The notes: a model not told the origin generated them from the sequence alone. Shown: positions 50,676 to 60,816, counted from the first letter of the stretch. The stretch: DNA of 64,000 bases from an uncultured Desulfatitalea sp. (GCA_963668675.2 CAXXMB010000002.1:1856001-1920000), one strand, 5' to 3'. Numbers and translations: made by a program.

Positions 50676-51554
50676 ATGCGCTACGAAGGTAACATTATTC
50701 GACCGTTCAGCGAAGCCAACAGCTACCTGCTCCAATGCACCCTGGGCTGTTCCCATAATCAGTGCACCTTCTGCGGCACTTACAAGGACAAACCCTACCG
50801 TATCCGGCCCATGTCCGAAATCAAAACCGACATCCGCATGGCCTCGGACCATTACGGCGATGTGGAAAAAGTATTTCTGTGCGACGGCGACGCCATTGTC
50901 ATGCCCACAGACATGATACTGGAAATATTGAAGGATCTTTATGCCACGTTTCCCTCCCTGCGCCATGTGGGCACCTATGTGGGGCCGAAAAGCACGCTGG
51001 GCAAAAGCGTCGACGAGCTTAAAACCCTGCGGGCCGCCGGCCTTACCAAAGCCTACCTGGGCGTGGAGACCGGCGATGACCAGCTGCTCAAAGAGGTCAA
51101 AAAGGGGGTCACCGCCCAACAGATGCTCCAGGCCGGGCTGAACCTGAATGAAGCCGATATCAACCTCTCCTCCATGGTCTTGCTGGGCCTGGCCGGCAGA
51201 GGACCGCGCTCGCGCGAACACGCCATCGCTACCGCCGACATCACCAACGCCATGCAGCCCCGCTACCTGGCCGCCATGACCGTCACCCCCATCCCCAAAA
51301 CGCCCCTGTACAATCAGGTGCGCTCGGGCAAGTTCCAACTGCTCGACCCTTTCGAAACCCTTGAAGAGATGAAAACCATGTTCGAACACCTCACCATCGA
51401 CAACCTCAAATTCGTCGGAATCCACGCCTCCAACTATCTGCCCATCAACGGCACCCTGCAAAGGGACAAGGATCAGATGCTGACCATGATCGACGAAGTG
51501 CTCTCTACCAGAGACAGCGGACGCCTGCGTAATGAACAGATGCGGGGGTTGTAG
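50676..51554 (+). CDS. Radical SAM protein
   Basis: CSHNQCTFC (CxxxCxxC), FLCDGDA, YLGVETG, HASNYL. Confidence 0.92.
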   Translation: MRYEGNIIRPFSEANSYLLQCTLGCSHNQCTFCGTYKDKPYRIRPMSEIKTDIRMASDHYGDVEKVFLCDGDAIVMPTDMILEILKDLYATFPSLRHVGTYVGPKSTLGKSVDELKTLRAAGLTKAYLGVETGDDQLLKEVKKGVTAQQMLQAGLNLNEADINLSSMVLLGLAGRGPRSREHAIATADITNAMQPRYLAAMTVTPIPKTPLYNQVRSGKFQLLDPFETLEEMKTMFEHLTIDNLKFVGIHASNYLPINGTLQRDKDQMLTMIDEVLSTRDSGRLRNEQMRGL

Positions 51555-51623
51555 CCACCTGCTGCTTTGGACTCGCAAGAAGAAATAGACAATAGGAATA
51601 TTATAACCCGGTTCTCTATGAAG

Positions 51624-51890
51624 CTTACGTATTGAAATTACAGGCCCTTCAGGGATTACTTTCCATCCAACAAGTCTCGACCGTCACGCTTCCATCCGCA
51701 CTCTTTGATGAGGCAGCCATTTGCCCCGGTGCATGGAAATTTCCGGTGGCAGGGGCTGCAATCTTTAGCACGCAATCAATGATTTGTCGGTTGCAGCCGA
51801 CCGTTGCTGCTTCACTGCCGCAGTCCCCTGGAGGAGACGTTGGAGCTCTAAATTCTTCTTTCCCCCCAACCCCACCCTCGGGCTCTCCCC
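51624..51890 (-). ncRNA. Candidate IS110 bridge/seek RNA region
   Basis: Long non-coding segment downstream of the transposase with local hairpins (GTCGG-CTGCAA-CCGAC). RNA function is inferred from the family layout only. Confidence 0.45.
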
Positions 51891-52751
51891 TCAGGTGGCT
51901 TTTTTGTATACCTTGCTGTAAAACGGTTCGTAGTCCTGTTCGCTAACCCACAATCGGTGAAGCAGCACCGATAGCTTCCGCGCCATTGCTACGGCTGCTC
52001 GCCTTTTGCCATTTTTACCTCCGCGCACCGCTATCGACAGGCCATGGCGACGAAGCTCGCTGTCTGGGCCAAACGGTTCCAGTATATACTGCGCACTGCC
52101 GACCAATAGTCGGCGCAAACATCTATTGCCCGCCTTTGTGATGGGCAGCTGTTTATCCACTCTGCCGGACTGGTCTCGCCGGGGTGTTAATCCTAAAAAT
52201 GGCCCCACTTGGCGGCTTTTGGCAAACCGCTTCTGATCCTCGATACTCAATATGTACGATAGCGCCGTAATCGGCCCTGCCCCGGGCACCTGCTGCAATC
52301 GCTGCGTCTCTGGGTATTGCTCTCGGCACAATTGATCTATCTTTTTGTCCAAATCACGGATCTGCTCGTTGATGTGGACAATGGCTTCAAAAATCGGTTC
52401 AAGGGCTGATCTTAGCTGATCGGGGACATGCTCGGCGCAGCGTTTGGCACAACTTGCGCTGCTATAAACGGGAAGTCGCTCTCCAGTAGTTTTTACCACG
52501 CCTTGGGCATGATTAATCAATCGGGTGCGACTTGACACCAATGTGTCGCGGGACTTGACCATAGCTAAATCGGCGTGGGTGCCGGCCTCTATCGCAACGG
52601 TGCTCTCTGGTTAAAGCTTGAAAAATTTAGCAGCCCCAACTTTGGTGTTGGTTACCCTGGCCACCTGCAACTCGTTGCCTTGGCTATCAAACACCACCGC
52701 TATGTGATCCTTGTCTCCCAAATCCACCCCAATTGTGATAGTGTCTTTCAT
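51891..52751 (-). pseudogene. IS110 transposase with an in-frame stop and an internal deletion
   Basis: MKDTITIGVDLGDK..; TAA at 52613-52611; EAGTH joined directly to ADLAMVKSRD; C-terminal GLTPRRDQSG..ITKAGN..AVAMARKL. Confidence 0.9.
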
Positions 52752-52910
52752 GGCTGATCTCCTTGTTTTATGCAGCCCTTAGGGTGACTGCGCTTTCTTG
52801 TTTGAGCGTGATTTATCACACTTCGTTGGAGATCAGCCTTCTCATTTTATCTTCATAGAGAACCGGGAATTCATATTTGTCTGGAGTGTCTTGATTGAAG
52901 GAGGAAAACA

Positions 52911-53900
52911 ATGAAAACAAGAATAACTGCGTTGCTGGGGATTAAACATCCAATCATCTGTGGAGGCATGATGCGGCTTGCCTACCCGCAGCTATGTGCC
53001 GCAATATCCAATGCAGGCGGGCTTGGGAACCTTACGTCGGCCATGTATGAAGACAAACAGTCCTTTATCAATGCCATCCGTCAGGTCAGACAACTAACCG
53101 ATAACCCGTTTATTGTGAATGTAACACTGCTGCCGTCAATCGGTGTTCCTCCGAAACGGTATCAAGGCTATTTTGAAGCCATCGCCGAGGAAAAGGTCGC
53201 TGCACTCGAACTGAGCGGGACCCCCCTGCACCGGTATGAAGGCGGCATCTATTTTAACATGATAAAGAAGGCCGGTGTGAAAATTTTCCATAAGGTCGGA
53301 TCGGTCAAACATGGGCTCTCCGCGCAAAAAGCAGGATATGACGGTGTGTTTGCGGCAGGCGTCGAAGAGGGGGGGCATCCGTTGAACGAAAATGTTACAA
53401 CTATGGTTTTAACACCGAGGATGGCCGAAACGTTGGACATCCCTGTTGTCACTACAGGCGGTATCGCTAATGGAGAGACAATGGCTGCGGCCTTCTGCCT
53501 TGGCGCTGATGCTGTGATGATGGCCACCCGCTTTATCAATACCCATGAATGCCGGGTTCATCATAATGTTCATGAAGAGATGATCAAGCGGAATGAAAAT
53601 GAGACCGTCCTGTATGGCAATTCAATCGGTCTTCAGGGCAGGGCGCTACTCAACAATTCCATTAGGAGGGTTTTGGAAATAGAGGCCAGGGGCGGAGGAT
53701 TGGAAGAGATCTACCCCCATATTGCAGGCGGGCTAGGAGATAGCATATGGCAGGAGGGAAAAATGAATGAAGGCTTGGTTGCAGTGGGGCAGAGTATAGG
53801 TCTGGTTCACGATGTCCTTACTTGCCGCGAACTGATTGATCGCATGATGAGGGAGGCCGAAGTGGCTTTATCCCAAAATCTGCAACGGTTTCAGGATTGA
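52911..53900 (+). CDS. Nitronate monooxygenase / FabK-like flavin oxidoreductase
   Basis: PIICGGM, ISNAGGLG, EEGGH, GGIANG, MATRF. Confidence 0.9.
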   Translation: MKTRITALLGIKHPIICGGMMRLAYPQLCAAISNAGGLGNLTSAMYEDKQSFINAIRQVRQLTDNPFIVNVTLLPSIGVPPKRYQGYFEAIAEEKVAALELSGTPLHRYEGGIYFNMIKKAGVKIFHKVGSVKHGLSAQKAGYDGVFAAGVEEGGHPLNENVTTMVLTPRMAETLDIPVVTTGGIANGETMAAAFCLGADAVMMATRFINTHECRVHHNVHEEMIKRNENETVLYGNSIGLQGRALLNNSIRRVLEIEARGGGLEEIYPHIAGGLGDSIWQEGKMNEGLVAVGQSIGLVHDVLTCRELIDRMMREAEVALSQNLQRFQD

Positions 53901-54106
53901 GAAAGACTGACAAAGTATTGGCGTTTGATCCGGAAATTAATCACAGTAATAAAAAAGAATCACGGACGAGGAGAAGAGAACAGGTTGGATCTCGCATCGG
54001 GACATTGGCAAGCTGATGGAGGGGCGCTACTCTATAGTAAGGATGGTTTGCAGGGACTTCAGTGAGAGGGACGTAAAAATAACTAGAAGGCTAAGTCAAT
54101 AAAATG

Positions 54107-54143
54107 AACCCGGTTCTCATTTTATCTTCATAAAGAACCGGGT
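54107..54143. repeat. Collapsed or empty IS110-end palindrome
   Basis: AACCCGGTTCTCATTTTATCTTCATAAAGAACCGGGT; 54114-54142 matches 52839-52867 at 28 of 29 bases. Confidence 0.8.
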
Positions 54144-54384
54144 ATTATAATTTTGCATCCCGCAATAGTCCCACCACCCAAATTTGTATGATAAAGTCGA
54201 ATGCCGGTTTACCATGTTGACCAGAATGCGACATTGTGTTATTCGAAATGTGTTTCACATGATTTTTTATCAAAAATTATATTTGTTAAAATTATAATTA
54301 GTTGAATCGAGGCAATACCGAACCGTCGCAACGATTGCACTTGCTGCTCTTCAAAAATTGTTAGGCTTTTGCAAATGGAAACAG

Positions 54385-54505
54385 AATTTTTTCTGTTGGC
54401 CAGCGGGGCATGTCATAGCTAATCTCGGCAATTATACAGAGGACAGTTGGCGCGTAAATACCATCCATGCGGATGAGATCAATACCTGTCATCCTATAAA
54501 CAGTA
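54385..54505 (-). pseudogene. Fragment of a second IS110/IS116-type transposase
   Basis: VYRMTGIDLIRMDGIYAPTVLCIIAEISYDMPRWPTEK resembles the HhH-like segment of the C-terminal domain. Confidence 0.65.
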
Positions 54506-54653
54506 GTTTTTGAGAGCCAGTATAGGCCGAGACCGCAACGGATACGGTCACAACGGCTAAATTTTTTGCTCCTGCTTCGAAGTGCATAACCCATATTTAG
54601 GTAATAAAAAATTGAAGCGCAGAAAAGCAATATTCACAAAACAGGAGGATATT

Positions 54654-55850
54654 ATGAAAAGAAGCGTTTTGTTTGGGTCGATTGTGAGTTTTTTCGTTGT
54701 TATTTTGCTGGTTTTCAGTCCCGAAAGTTTTGCGCAGGAGAAAGAATTTAAATGGCCGCGGTTTCTTCGCATCGCTACACCGGGAACCGCAAGCGGCAGC
54801 TTTGCATCCTCCAATGCATGGGCACCAATGCTCCAGGGTGATACAGGAACGATGGCGAGAGTTATACCTGAAGACAGCGAACCGGGTCGATATGAGCGTC
54901 TGGCGATAAAAAAAGAGTTTGAACTTGCCTCGATTTCAACCGCTGATGCGCGTTTTTCGAGGGAGGGAATAGACGCCTATTCAACCTTGAAGGGAGCCCC
55001 CACAAGAATCGTCTGGCATCATAACGATACACCCTGGTTGTTTGTGGTCAGGGGGGATTCTAAGTTTAAAACCATTTACGATCTGAAACAAGAAGGCGTA
55101 AAGGTTTCAGTGTCCTCCCAGGCGCCCACGATGGCGCTTGCCGTTAAAAAAGCGCTTCCAGCGTTCCTGGGGTGGACACCTGAAGAGGCGGAGAAAAATT
55201 GGACATTTGTTCCTTCAGGCAGCTATGCTGAAAACTGCCGGTCGGTAACAGACGGTAGAGCCGACGTAACTTGGGTGGCACCGATTAGTTCGGTTGTAGC
55301 GGAAATGTCAGGCCATCCCAAAGGTATACGGTTTTTGGGTCAGCCTTTAGACGACAAGGAAGGCTGGGCAGGATGGCTTAAATACAGGCCCACACATATT
55401 CCCAGTAAAATTAACATGGGCGTTTCCGCTGCAATTGGTGTGGACGGTTTGACGTCCAATTTTATCTACTGGACTTACGGCGACATGAGTGAAGATACGG
55501 TTTACAACTTGGCCAAATGGCTCCATGAAAACTTCGACAAATATAAAGACTCCCATGCCCTTTGTAAAAGAATGTCAATAGTGTACTTCCGCGAGTTCCT
55601 CAATCACTGCGGTTTACCTGTTCATAAAGGCACCGTTAAGTACCTCAGGGAAATCGGAAAGTGGACGGAAGATGACGACAAGTGGAACGAGGAAGCCATA
55701 GAAAAGGAAGTTAAATGGTTTCAAGCAAGGGAAAAGGCTTTGAAAGAAGCCGATGAAAAAGGGGTAAAAATGCATTGGGAGAACGAGGAATTTCTGAAAA
55801 TTATTAAAAAGCACACCGAAGGACTTCCTATCTTTAAAACAAGGCTCTAA
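54654..55850 (+). CDS. TAXI-family TRAP substrate-binding protein
   Basis: Signal peptide; IATPGTASG, TIYDLK, PVHKGTVKYLREIGKW; adjacent fused permease. Confidence 0.85.
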   Translation: MKRSVLFGSIVSFFVVILLVFSPESFAQEKEFKWPRFLRIATPGTASGSFASSNAWAPMLQGDTGTMARVIPEDSEPGRYERLAIKKEFELASISTADARFSREGIDAYSTLKGAPTRIVWHHNDTPWLFVVRGDSKFKTIYDLKQEGVKVSVSSQAPTMALAVKKALPAFLGWTPEEAEKNWTFVPSGSYAENCRSVTDGRADVTWVAPISSVVAEMSGHPKGIRFLGQPLDDKEGWAGWLKYRPTHIPSKINMGVSAAIGVDGLTSNFIYWTYGDMSEDTVYNLAKWLHENFDKYKDSHALCKRMSIVYFREFLNHCGLPVHKGTVKYLREIGKWTEDDDKWNEEAIEKEVKWFQAREKALKEADEKGVKMHWENEEFLKIIKKHTEGLPIFKTRL

Positions 55851-55890
55851 GAGGATTCATAAATTCAATAACTGTGAATTAATCAGCTGG

Positions 55891-55948
55891 ATCGTGCATA
55901 TGCGTGGTATGGTCTTGTTTAATCGGCCTGCCGCGCATATGCAACGAT
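55891..55948. terminator. Intercistronic hairpin
   Basis: ATCGTGCATATGCG..CGCATATGCAACGAT. Confidence 0.45.
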
Positions 55949-56059
55949 TTCAGAAAATTGAAGACGTTTTTAAGAACCAATTTTCAAACACAAATAGAAT
56001 CAAACAAAGATCGAAAAAATCTCTATGAAACTTTGATGAAGGCGGGTTGCGGAGGATAA

Positions 56060-58042
56060 ATGCAACAGAAAACAGATCTTGACAAATCAAGGCCGGAAAC
56101 CGGTGCAGCAGCAAAAACCGAGAAGGACAATTCGCGACTCGGTGGATTGACCAGTTGGCAAAGCATCCTTTTCATAACGCTTTCCATCATCGGATTAATA
56201 CTTGCCGTTTTTGCCATCTTTTCCTTCTCTTTCAGTGGCAGAACATTGCTCCAGGCTGAATATTACTGGCTTTTTATTGGAATTTTTACTCCGGCAGTAT
56301 ACATTGCCCTGCCTGCTCGAAAAAAATCATCAGGCGCTCCTCCCTGGTACGACCTGATCCTTGCTGCTGCTGCCTTTGTTATATGCGTCTATTTTTTCAT
56401 AAATGCCAGAGACATTGTCATCACCGGCTGGACAAACGTCCCCCTTGGCATCGTGATGTGGATTATGATGATGGAGGCTGCCCGGCGCGTGGCAGGATTG
56501 CCTTTGTTTTTTGTCATCCTGTTCATAGGGCTTTATCCGACGGTCGCTGACAAGTTTCCCGCCATGCTCGAAGGCATGCCCTATTCTTTTACCAGGACAA
56601 TCGAAATGGGGGTTTTCAGGGCCGAGGGAATGATGGGGATTACCACCAAAATTGTTGCCGAGATAATATTGGGGTTTCTTGTTTTTGCAGGCGTATTGAT
56701 CGCCACAGGTGCGGGAGATTTTTTTATAAACCTTGCAAATTCGATATTCGGTAGATTCCGCGGCGGCCCGGCAAAGGTTTCCGTTGTAGCCAGTGCTTTT
56801 TTCGGCAGCCTCAGCGGCAGCATTTTTTCCAACATTGCAGGCACTGGTTCAATCACCATAAAAACAATGAAAAAAACCGGATACCCAGCCCATTATGCAG
56901 GCGCAATCGAGGCCTGCGCATCAACGGGCGGTGTGCTCATGCCTCCGGTTATGGGAGCGATCGCCTTTGTTATGGCTGTTACGATAGGGGTGGAATACCG
57001 CGTGGTGTTGATTGCCGCGATTATCCCTTCTTTTCTTTTCTACATGGGGCTTTTGCTGCAGGTTGACGGATATGCCGCCAGAATGGGGCTGGTTGGAATG
57101 TCAAAAGATGAAGTCCCGCGGATCAGGGACGTGTTGGCCAAGGGGTGGCCTTTTCTCTCTGTGCTTCTCTTTCTTATCTGGGGCCTTCTTTATATGCGAT
57201 GGGAATTTTATGCGCCCTGGTATGCCTGCGTGCTGATGATAGTGCTTTCCTGTTTTAACAGGTCAACTTGGATGACGCCCCGAAGGCTGTTTACGACTAT
57301 TAGAGAGATCGGATATCTGATCACCCAGACATCCGCGATTATCCTGCCCATTGCCTTCGTGGTCAGCGGGCTTACCATTACCGGTGTTACCGGATCGGTC
57401 ACCTCCGGCCTCATTACACTGGGGGGAGGAAATTTATACCTCGTTCTTCTTTTCGGCGTAGGGGCATGCTTTATCATGGGAATGGCGGGACTTGCAATTG
57501 TCGCTTACATATTTCTCGCAGTAACCATGGCGCCTGCAATTATCAAACTCGGCGGGTTAAATGATATCGCCGTTCACCTTTTTATTGTTTATTACGCCAT
57601 GCTCTCCGTAATTACACCGCCTGTAGGCACCGCGGCATTTCTAGCGGCGGCAATTTCGGGGTCGTCCCCGATGAAAACCTGTTTTACGGCAATGCGTCTG
57701 GGGGTTGTGATATATTTCATACCCCTGTTTTTTATTTTCCAACCGGCGCTTGTCCTGCAGGGCAACCTGAATCATCTGATATATGTCCTGCCCTCGGTTA
57801 TGCTTGGTATCGTACTGATTTCAGCAGGTTTTGAAGGATACCTGCTGGGGGTTGGCAGGGTGAAGAAATGGGCGCAGGCACCTTTTGCTATCGCCGGTTT
57901 AGCGCTGGCCATTCCCGAACTAACTTTCACCATATTCGGTTTCGCGGCAGCCGTAGTGCTTGTTGCAATAGTATGGCTGCAAAACAGGACAATAAAAGCG
58001 GATATGGCCAAAGTAGAAGTTTCTGATACAGCGAACGTCTGA
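56060..58042 (+). CDS. TRAP transporter fused 4TM/12TM permease
   Basis: RGGPAKVSVVAS, IEACASTGGVLMPPVMG, ITPPVG. Confidence 0.92.
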   Translation: MQQKTDLDKSRPETGAAAKTEKDNSRLGGLTSWQSILFITLSIIGLILAVFAIFSFSFSGRTLLQAEYYWLFIGIFTPAVYIALPARKKSSGAPPWYDLILAAAAFVICVYFFINARDIVITGWTNVPLGIVMWIMMMEAARRVAGLPLFFVILFIGLYPTVADKFPAMLEGMPYSFTRTIEMGVFRAEGMMGITTKIVAEIILGFLVFAGVLIATGAGDFFINLANSIFGRFRGGPAKVSVVASAFFGSLSGSIFSNIAGTGSITIKTMKKTGYPAHYAGAIEACASTGGVLMPPVMGAIAFVMAVTIGVEYRVVLIAAIIPSFLFYMGLLLQVDGYAARMGLVGMSKDEVPRIRDVLAKGWPFLSVLLFLIWGLLYMRWEFYAPWYACVLMIVLSCFNRSTWMTPRRLFTTIREIGYLITQTSAIILPIAFVVSGLTITGVTGSVTSGLITLGGGNLYLVLLFGVGACFIMGMAGLAIVAYIFLAVTMAPAIIKLGGLNDIAVHLFIVYYAMLSVITPPVGTAAFLAAAISGSSPMKTCFTAMRLGVVIYFIPLFFIFQPALVLQGNLNHLIYVLPSVMLGIVLISAGFEGYLLGVGRVKKWAQAPFAIAGLALAIPELTFTIFGFAAAVVLVAIVWLQNRTIKADMAKVEVSDTANV

Positions 58043-58075
58043 AGCATCATTCATACAACAATATACATATAGATG

Positions 58076-58113
58076 AAAAAAGGGCGAACGCACTTATCGC
58101 GTTCGCCCTTTTT
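58076..58113. terminator. Bidirectional intrinsic terminator
   Basis: AAAAAAGGGCGAACGC-ACTTATC-GCGTTCGCCCTTTTT between convergent genes. Confidence 0.85.
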
Positions 58114-58124
58114 GCGCCTTTTTT

Positions 58125-59792
58125 CTAATCTCCCTTGTGCTCGCCTTTTTGTACTTCCTCTTCAACTAAAACCCTGCGAAGTATTTTACCTGCTGCTGTT
58201 TGAGGCAGTATTGTTCTGAATTCGATCTCTTTTGGCACCTTGTATGCGGTCAATTTTTCCCTGCAAAAAGCGACTATCTCTTCTGCTGAGACATCCGCCC
58301 CTTCCACTGGTACGACAAAAGCCTTTACGGTTTCGCCCCTGTATGCATCCGGGATCCCAACGGTTGCAGCGTCTTTAACTTTGGGGTGACGATACAAAAC
58401 TTCGTCAACCTCGCGCGGATAGATATTGAAACCGCCGGCGATGATCATGTCTTTTTTGCGGTCAACGATAAAAAGAAACCCGTCTTCGTCCTGTACAACG
58501 ATATCGCCGGTATGAAGCCATCCGTCAACAAGCTGATTAGCGGTTTCTTCCGGGTTGTTCCAGTATCGTTTCATGACTGAGGGCCCCTTTATAAGCAGTT
58601 CACCGGATTGTCCCTGGGGAACATCGGTTACGCCATCGTTAGTATCCACAACTCGAATGTCGTTATCAGGCGCAGGTATGCCTATACTGCCGGGTTTGTT
58701 TTTTCCAAGCACGGGGTTGACCACGCCAATGCCCGCTGTTTCCGTCATTCCCCAGCCCTCGGTGATAAAAATACCCATGTCCCGAATTCTTTCTAAAAGT
58801 TCCACTGGCGTAGGAGCCGCCCCCACGTTAATTATTTTGATCTTTCTCCCCAAATCGACCTCCCCGATCCGGGGATGATTGGTGATAGCGGAAAGCATGG
58901 TGTAGACAGCTGGGAAATAGGTTATTTCATCAATCTTCAAAAGCAAATCTATAAGTTCATTCATGTCAAAGCGCGGTACCAGGACCATCGTCATGGCGTT
59001 GAAAAGAGACCAGTTAGCAATCAGGTTGCCATAGATGTGATAAAGTGGGATGATGATAAGCGCAGATCGGCGCTCGGGCGCAATAAATTGAAGAATCGGC
59101 TGCATGCGCGGTGAAGTCTGCATAACTGCTGCCACCAGATTGGCATGGGTCAAAACGACACCCTTGGGTATGCCGGTTGTTCCCCCGGTAAACTGAATTA
59201 CAGCTGGATCTTCCGTATCTACCTGCACGCGCGGTCTTTTTGTATCACTGCAATTTTCGAGCAGGGATTTAAAATGATACCAGTCGGGGGCAGTTTCCGG
59301 AATCTCCTTCGTTTTGTTCTGCCCTGCGTAATCCATTCGGTTCGCAAGGATTACAATGGACAGCGAGGAAACTTCACGGCAAATCTCACGTATGAGGGGA
59401 GCGTTTTCATCCAATGTAAAAATAGCGGACAGACTGGTATTATCCGCCATCATTGAAAGCTCCTCCTGTGTGTAGGCCGGGTTCAGGTTGACGACTATGC
59501 CCCCCAGTGAAAGCGTAGCATAGTATGCAATAAGATACTGCGGACAATTTGGCAGCTGGATGCCCACTCGATCCCCTTTTTCTACCCCGATAGCAGACAG
59601 TGCATTGGCCATCCTGAAAACCATGTCACGATATTCCCGAAAGGTAATTTCATTGCCTTCATAGTAAATTGCGGTTTTATCAGGAAGTGCGTTGGCCGGA
59701 ATTTGCAGTAGGTCGTGGACTGCTATATGGGGATAGCGAATGGTTGTCGGTGCGGTGTAATCGTAATGCCTGTGCCAGTGTTTTTCCACCAT
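58125..59792 (-). CDS. Long-chain acyl-CoA ligase (FadD-like)
   Basis: FTGGTTGIPKG, EGWGMTE, LHTGD, RKKDMII, AGKILRR. Confidence 0.93.
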   Translation of the reverse strand: MVEKHWHRHYDYTAPTTIRYPHIAVHDLLQIPANALPDKTAIYYEGNEITFREYRDMVFRMANALSAIGVEKGDRVGIQLPNCPQYLIAYYATLSLGGIVVNLNPAYTQEELSMMADNTSLSAIFTLDENAPLIREICREVSSLSIVILANRMDYAGQNKTKEIPETAPDWYHFKSLLENCSDTKRPRVQVDTEDPAVIQFTGGTTGIPKGVVLTHANLVAAVMQTSPRMQPILQFIAPERRSALIIIPLYHIYGNLIANWSLFNAMTMVLVPRFDMNELIDLLLKIDEITYFPAVYTMLSAITNHPRIGEVDLGRKIKIINVGAAPTPVELLERIRDMGIFITEGWGMTETAGIGVVNPVLGKNKPGSIGIPAPDNDIRVVDTNDGVTDVPQGQSGELLIKGPSVMKRYWNNPEETANQLVDGWLHTGDIVVQDEDGFLFIVDRKKDMIIAGGFNIYPREVDEVLYRHPKVKDAATVGIPDAYRGETVKAFVVPVEGADVSAEEIVAFCREKLTAYKVPKEIEFRTILPQTAAGKILRRVLVEEEVQKGEHKGD

Positions 59793-59970
59793 TTTGTACT
59801 CTCTTTCTGTTTTCACCCAGTTCAGCTTTCGGGGTTATCAGTTTAAAAAGCCCATATTAAAATTATGGGCACTACAAACAAGGCCCTTTGACAACGAAAT
59901 AGCCAGCAAAATATGCCCTGGTATTGTTAACGATTCGGTCTATAGTGGTCAACAATAATCGGACGCAAAA

Positions 59971-60126
59971 CGAGCAAGGTATTACACCCGCAATTTAGAA
60001 ACCAAGGCAAGAACGGTCAAACTCAAGGTTTCCAAGCTGCGTACCTTGACCTTTGAGAAGGCTATTATTGAACGATACCGTCGGCGGGAAAGTTCAGTCG
60101 AAGAAGCGCTGCTCGAGATGTATCTT
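59971..60126 (+). pseudogene. IS256-family transposase fragment
   Basis: Own translation RARYYTRNLETKARTVKLKVSKLRTLTFEKAIIERYRRRESSVEEALLEMYL; not in the ORF track. Confidence 0.85.
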
Positions 60127-60207
60127 GATATCCCCCTGTTTCACCAGGCACCGTCGACTTGACCTGGTAATTATTTTACTTGACCAATCTGTTTATCAAA
60201 CCCATAA

Positions 60208-60227
60208 GTAAGTTAGAACTCACTTAC
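60208..60227. promoter_or_regulatory. Candidate TetR operator 1
   Basis: Palindrome GTAAGTTAGAACTCACTTAC; 15 of 20 bases identical to 60751-60770. Confidence 0.6.
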
Positions 60228-60244
60228 ATTCCAACAAAAATACT

Positions 60245-60695
60245 ATGAAACAATCCTCGAAAAGGCTTTCGGCGGAAGAAAGAAATAAGATTACCCGGTT
60301 CTCTATTAAACTTAAGTTTGGGTTAAGGTGTGACCGGGAAATCTAAATTCCTTGTCAACCCTAAAGAATATTGGGACGGCATATTACCATCGAATGAAAG
60401 ACCATCCAGACGAATAAAAGTCCAGTTCCAGGCAATTTCTGAGATTGATGATGAGGATATTGCCAATCAATTGCGGCAGGACCATATCAGACATATTGGA
60501 TATTTAGAATTTATACTGAAAAAAGGCGTCAGGGAGGGTAGTATCAGTTCTATCATTGATGCGAGAGGATATGCATTCCTATTTAATGGAGCGGCGATTA
60601 CTCTGAATATGTTGCAGTTGTTAGCCCTCAATATCGAGTTTATCGATAATCATATTGATCAATTCCTGGACCAATATCGCGAATTAGTTACGTAG
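60245..60695 (+). pseudogene. TetR-family regulator with the HTH lost
   Basis: MKQSSKRLSAEERNK breaks at the ACCCGGTTCTCTAT repeat; a TetR-like C-terminus (QFQAISE..ILKKGVREGSI) lies in another frame. Confidence 0.7.
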
Positions 60696-60750
60696 TGTTT
60701 TCGAATCATTGTGAATCAATAGCTGACGAGCATAAATTAACGATGGTTTT

Positions 60751-60770
60751 GTTAGTGAGATTTCACTTAT
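60751..60770. promoter_or_regulatory. Candidate TetR operator 2
   Basis: GTTAGTGAGATTTCACTTAT upstream of the acyl-CoA dehydrogenase gene. Confidence 0.6.
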
Positions 60771-60816
60771 AATTACTGTTTAAGAATTAGTTTGAAGTCA
60801 AAAAAGGAGGAGAAAT

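Larger units (their letters stand above)
51607..52867 (-). mobile_element. Defective IS110-family element (IS1111-like layout) between 17 bp inverted repeats
   Basis: Transposase remnant; CCCGGTTCTCTATGAAG at 51607-51623 and its perfect inverse at 52851-52867; about 270 bp 3' non-coding region. Confidence 0.85.

Noticed and set aside
48096..51620. Diversity-generating retroelement TR/VR pair
   Set aside because: Mismatches include C/T and several G/C pairs, so they are not adenine-specific in either copy, and there is no reverse transcriptase in the window.
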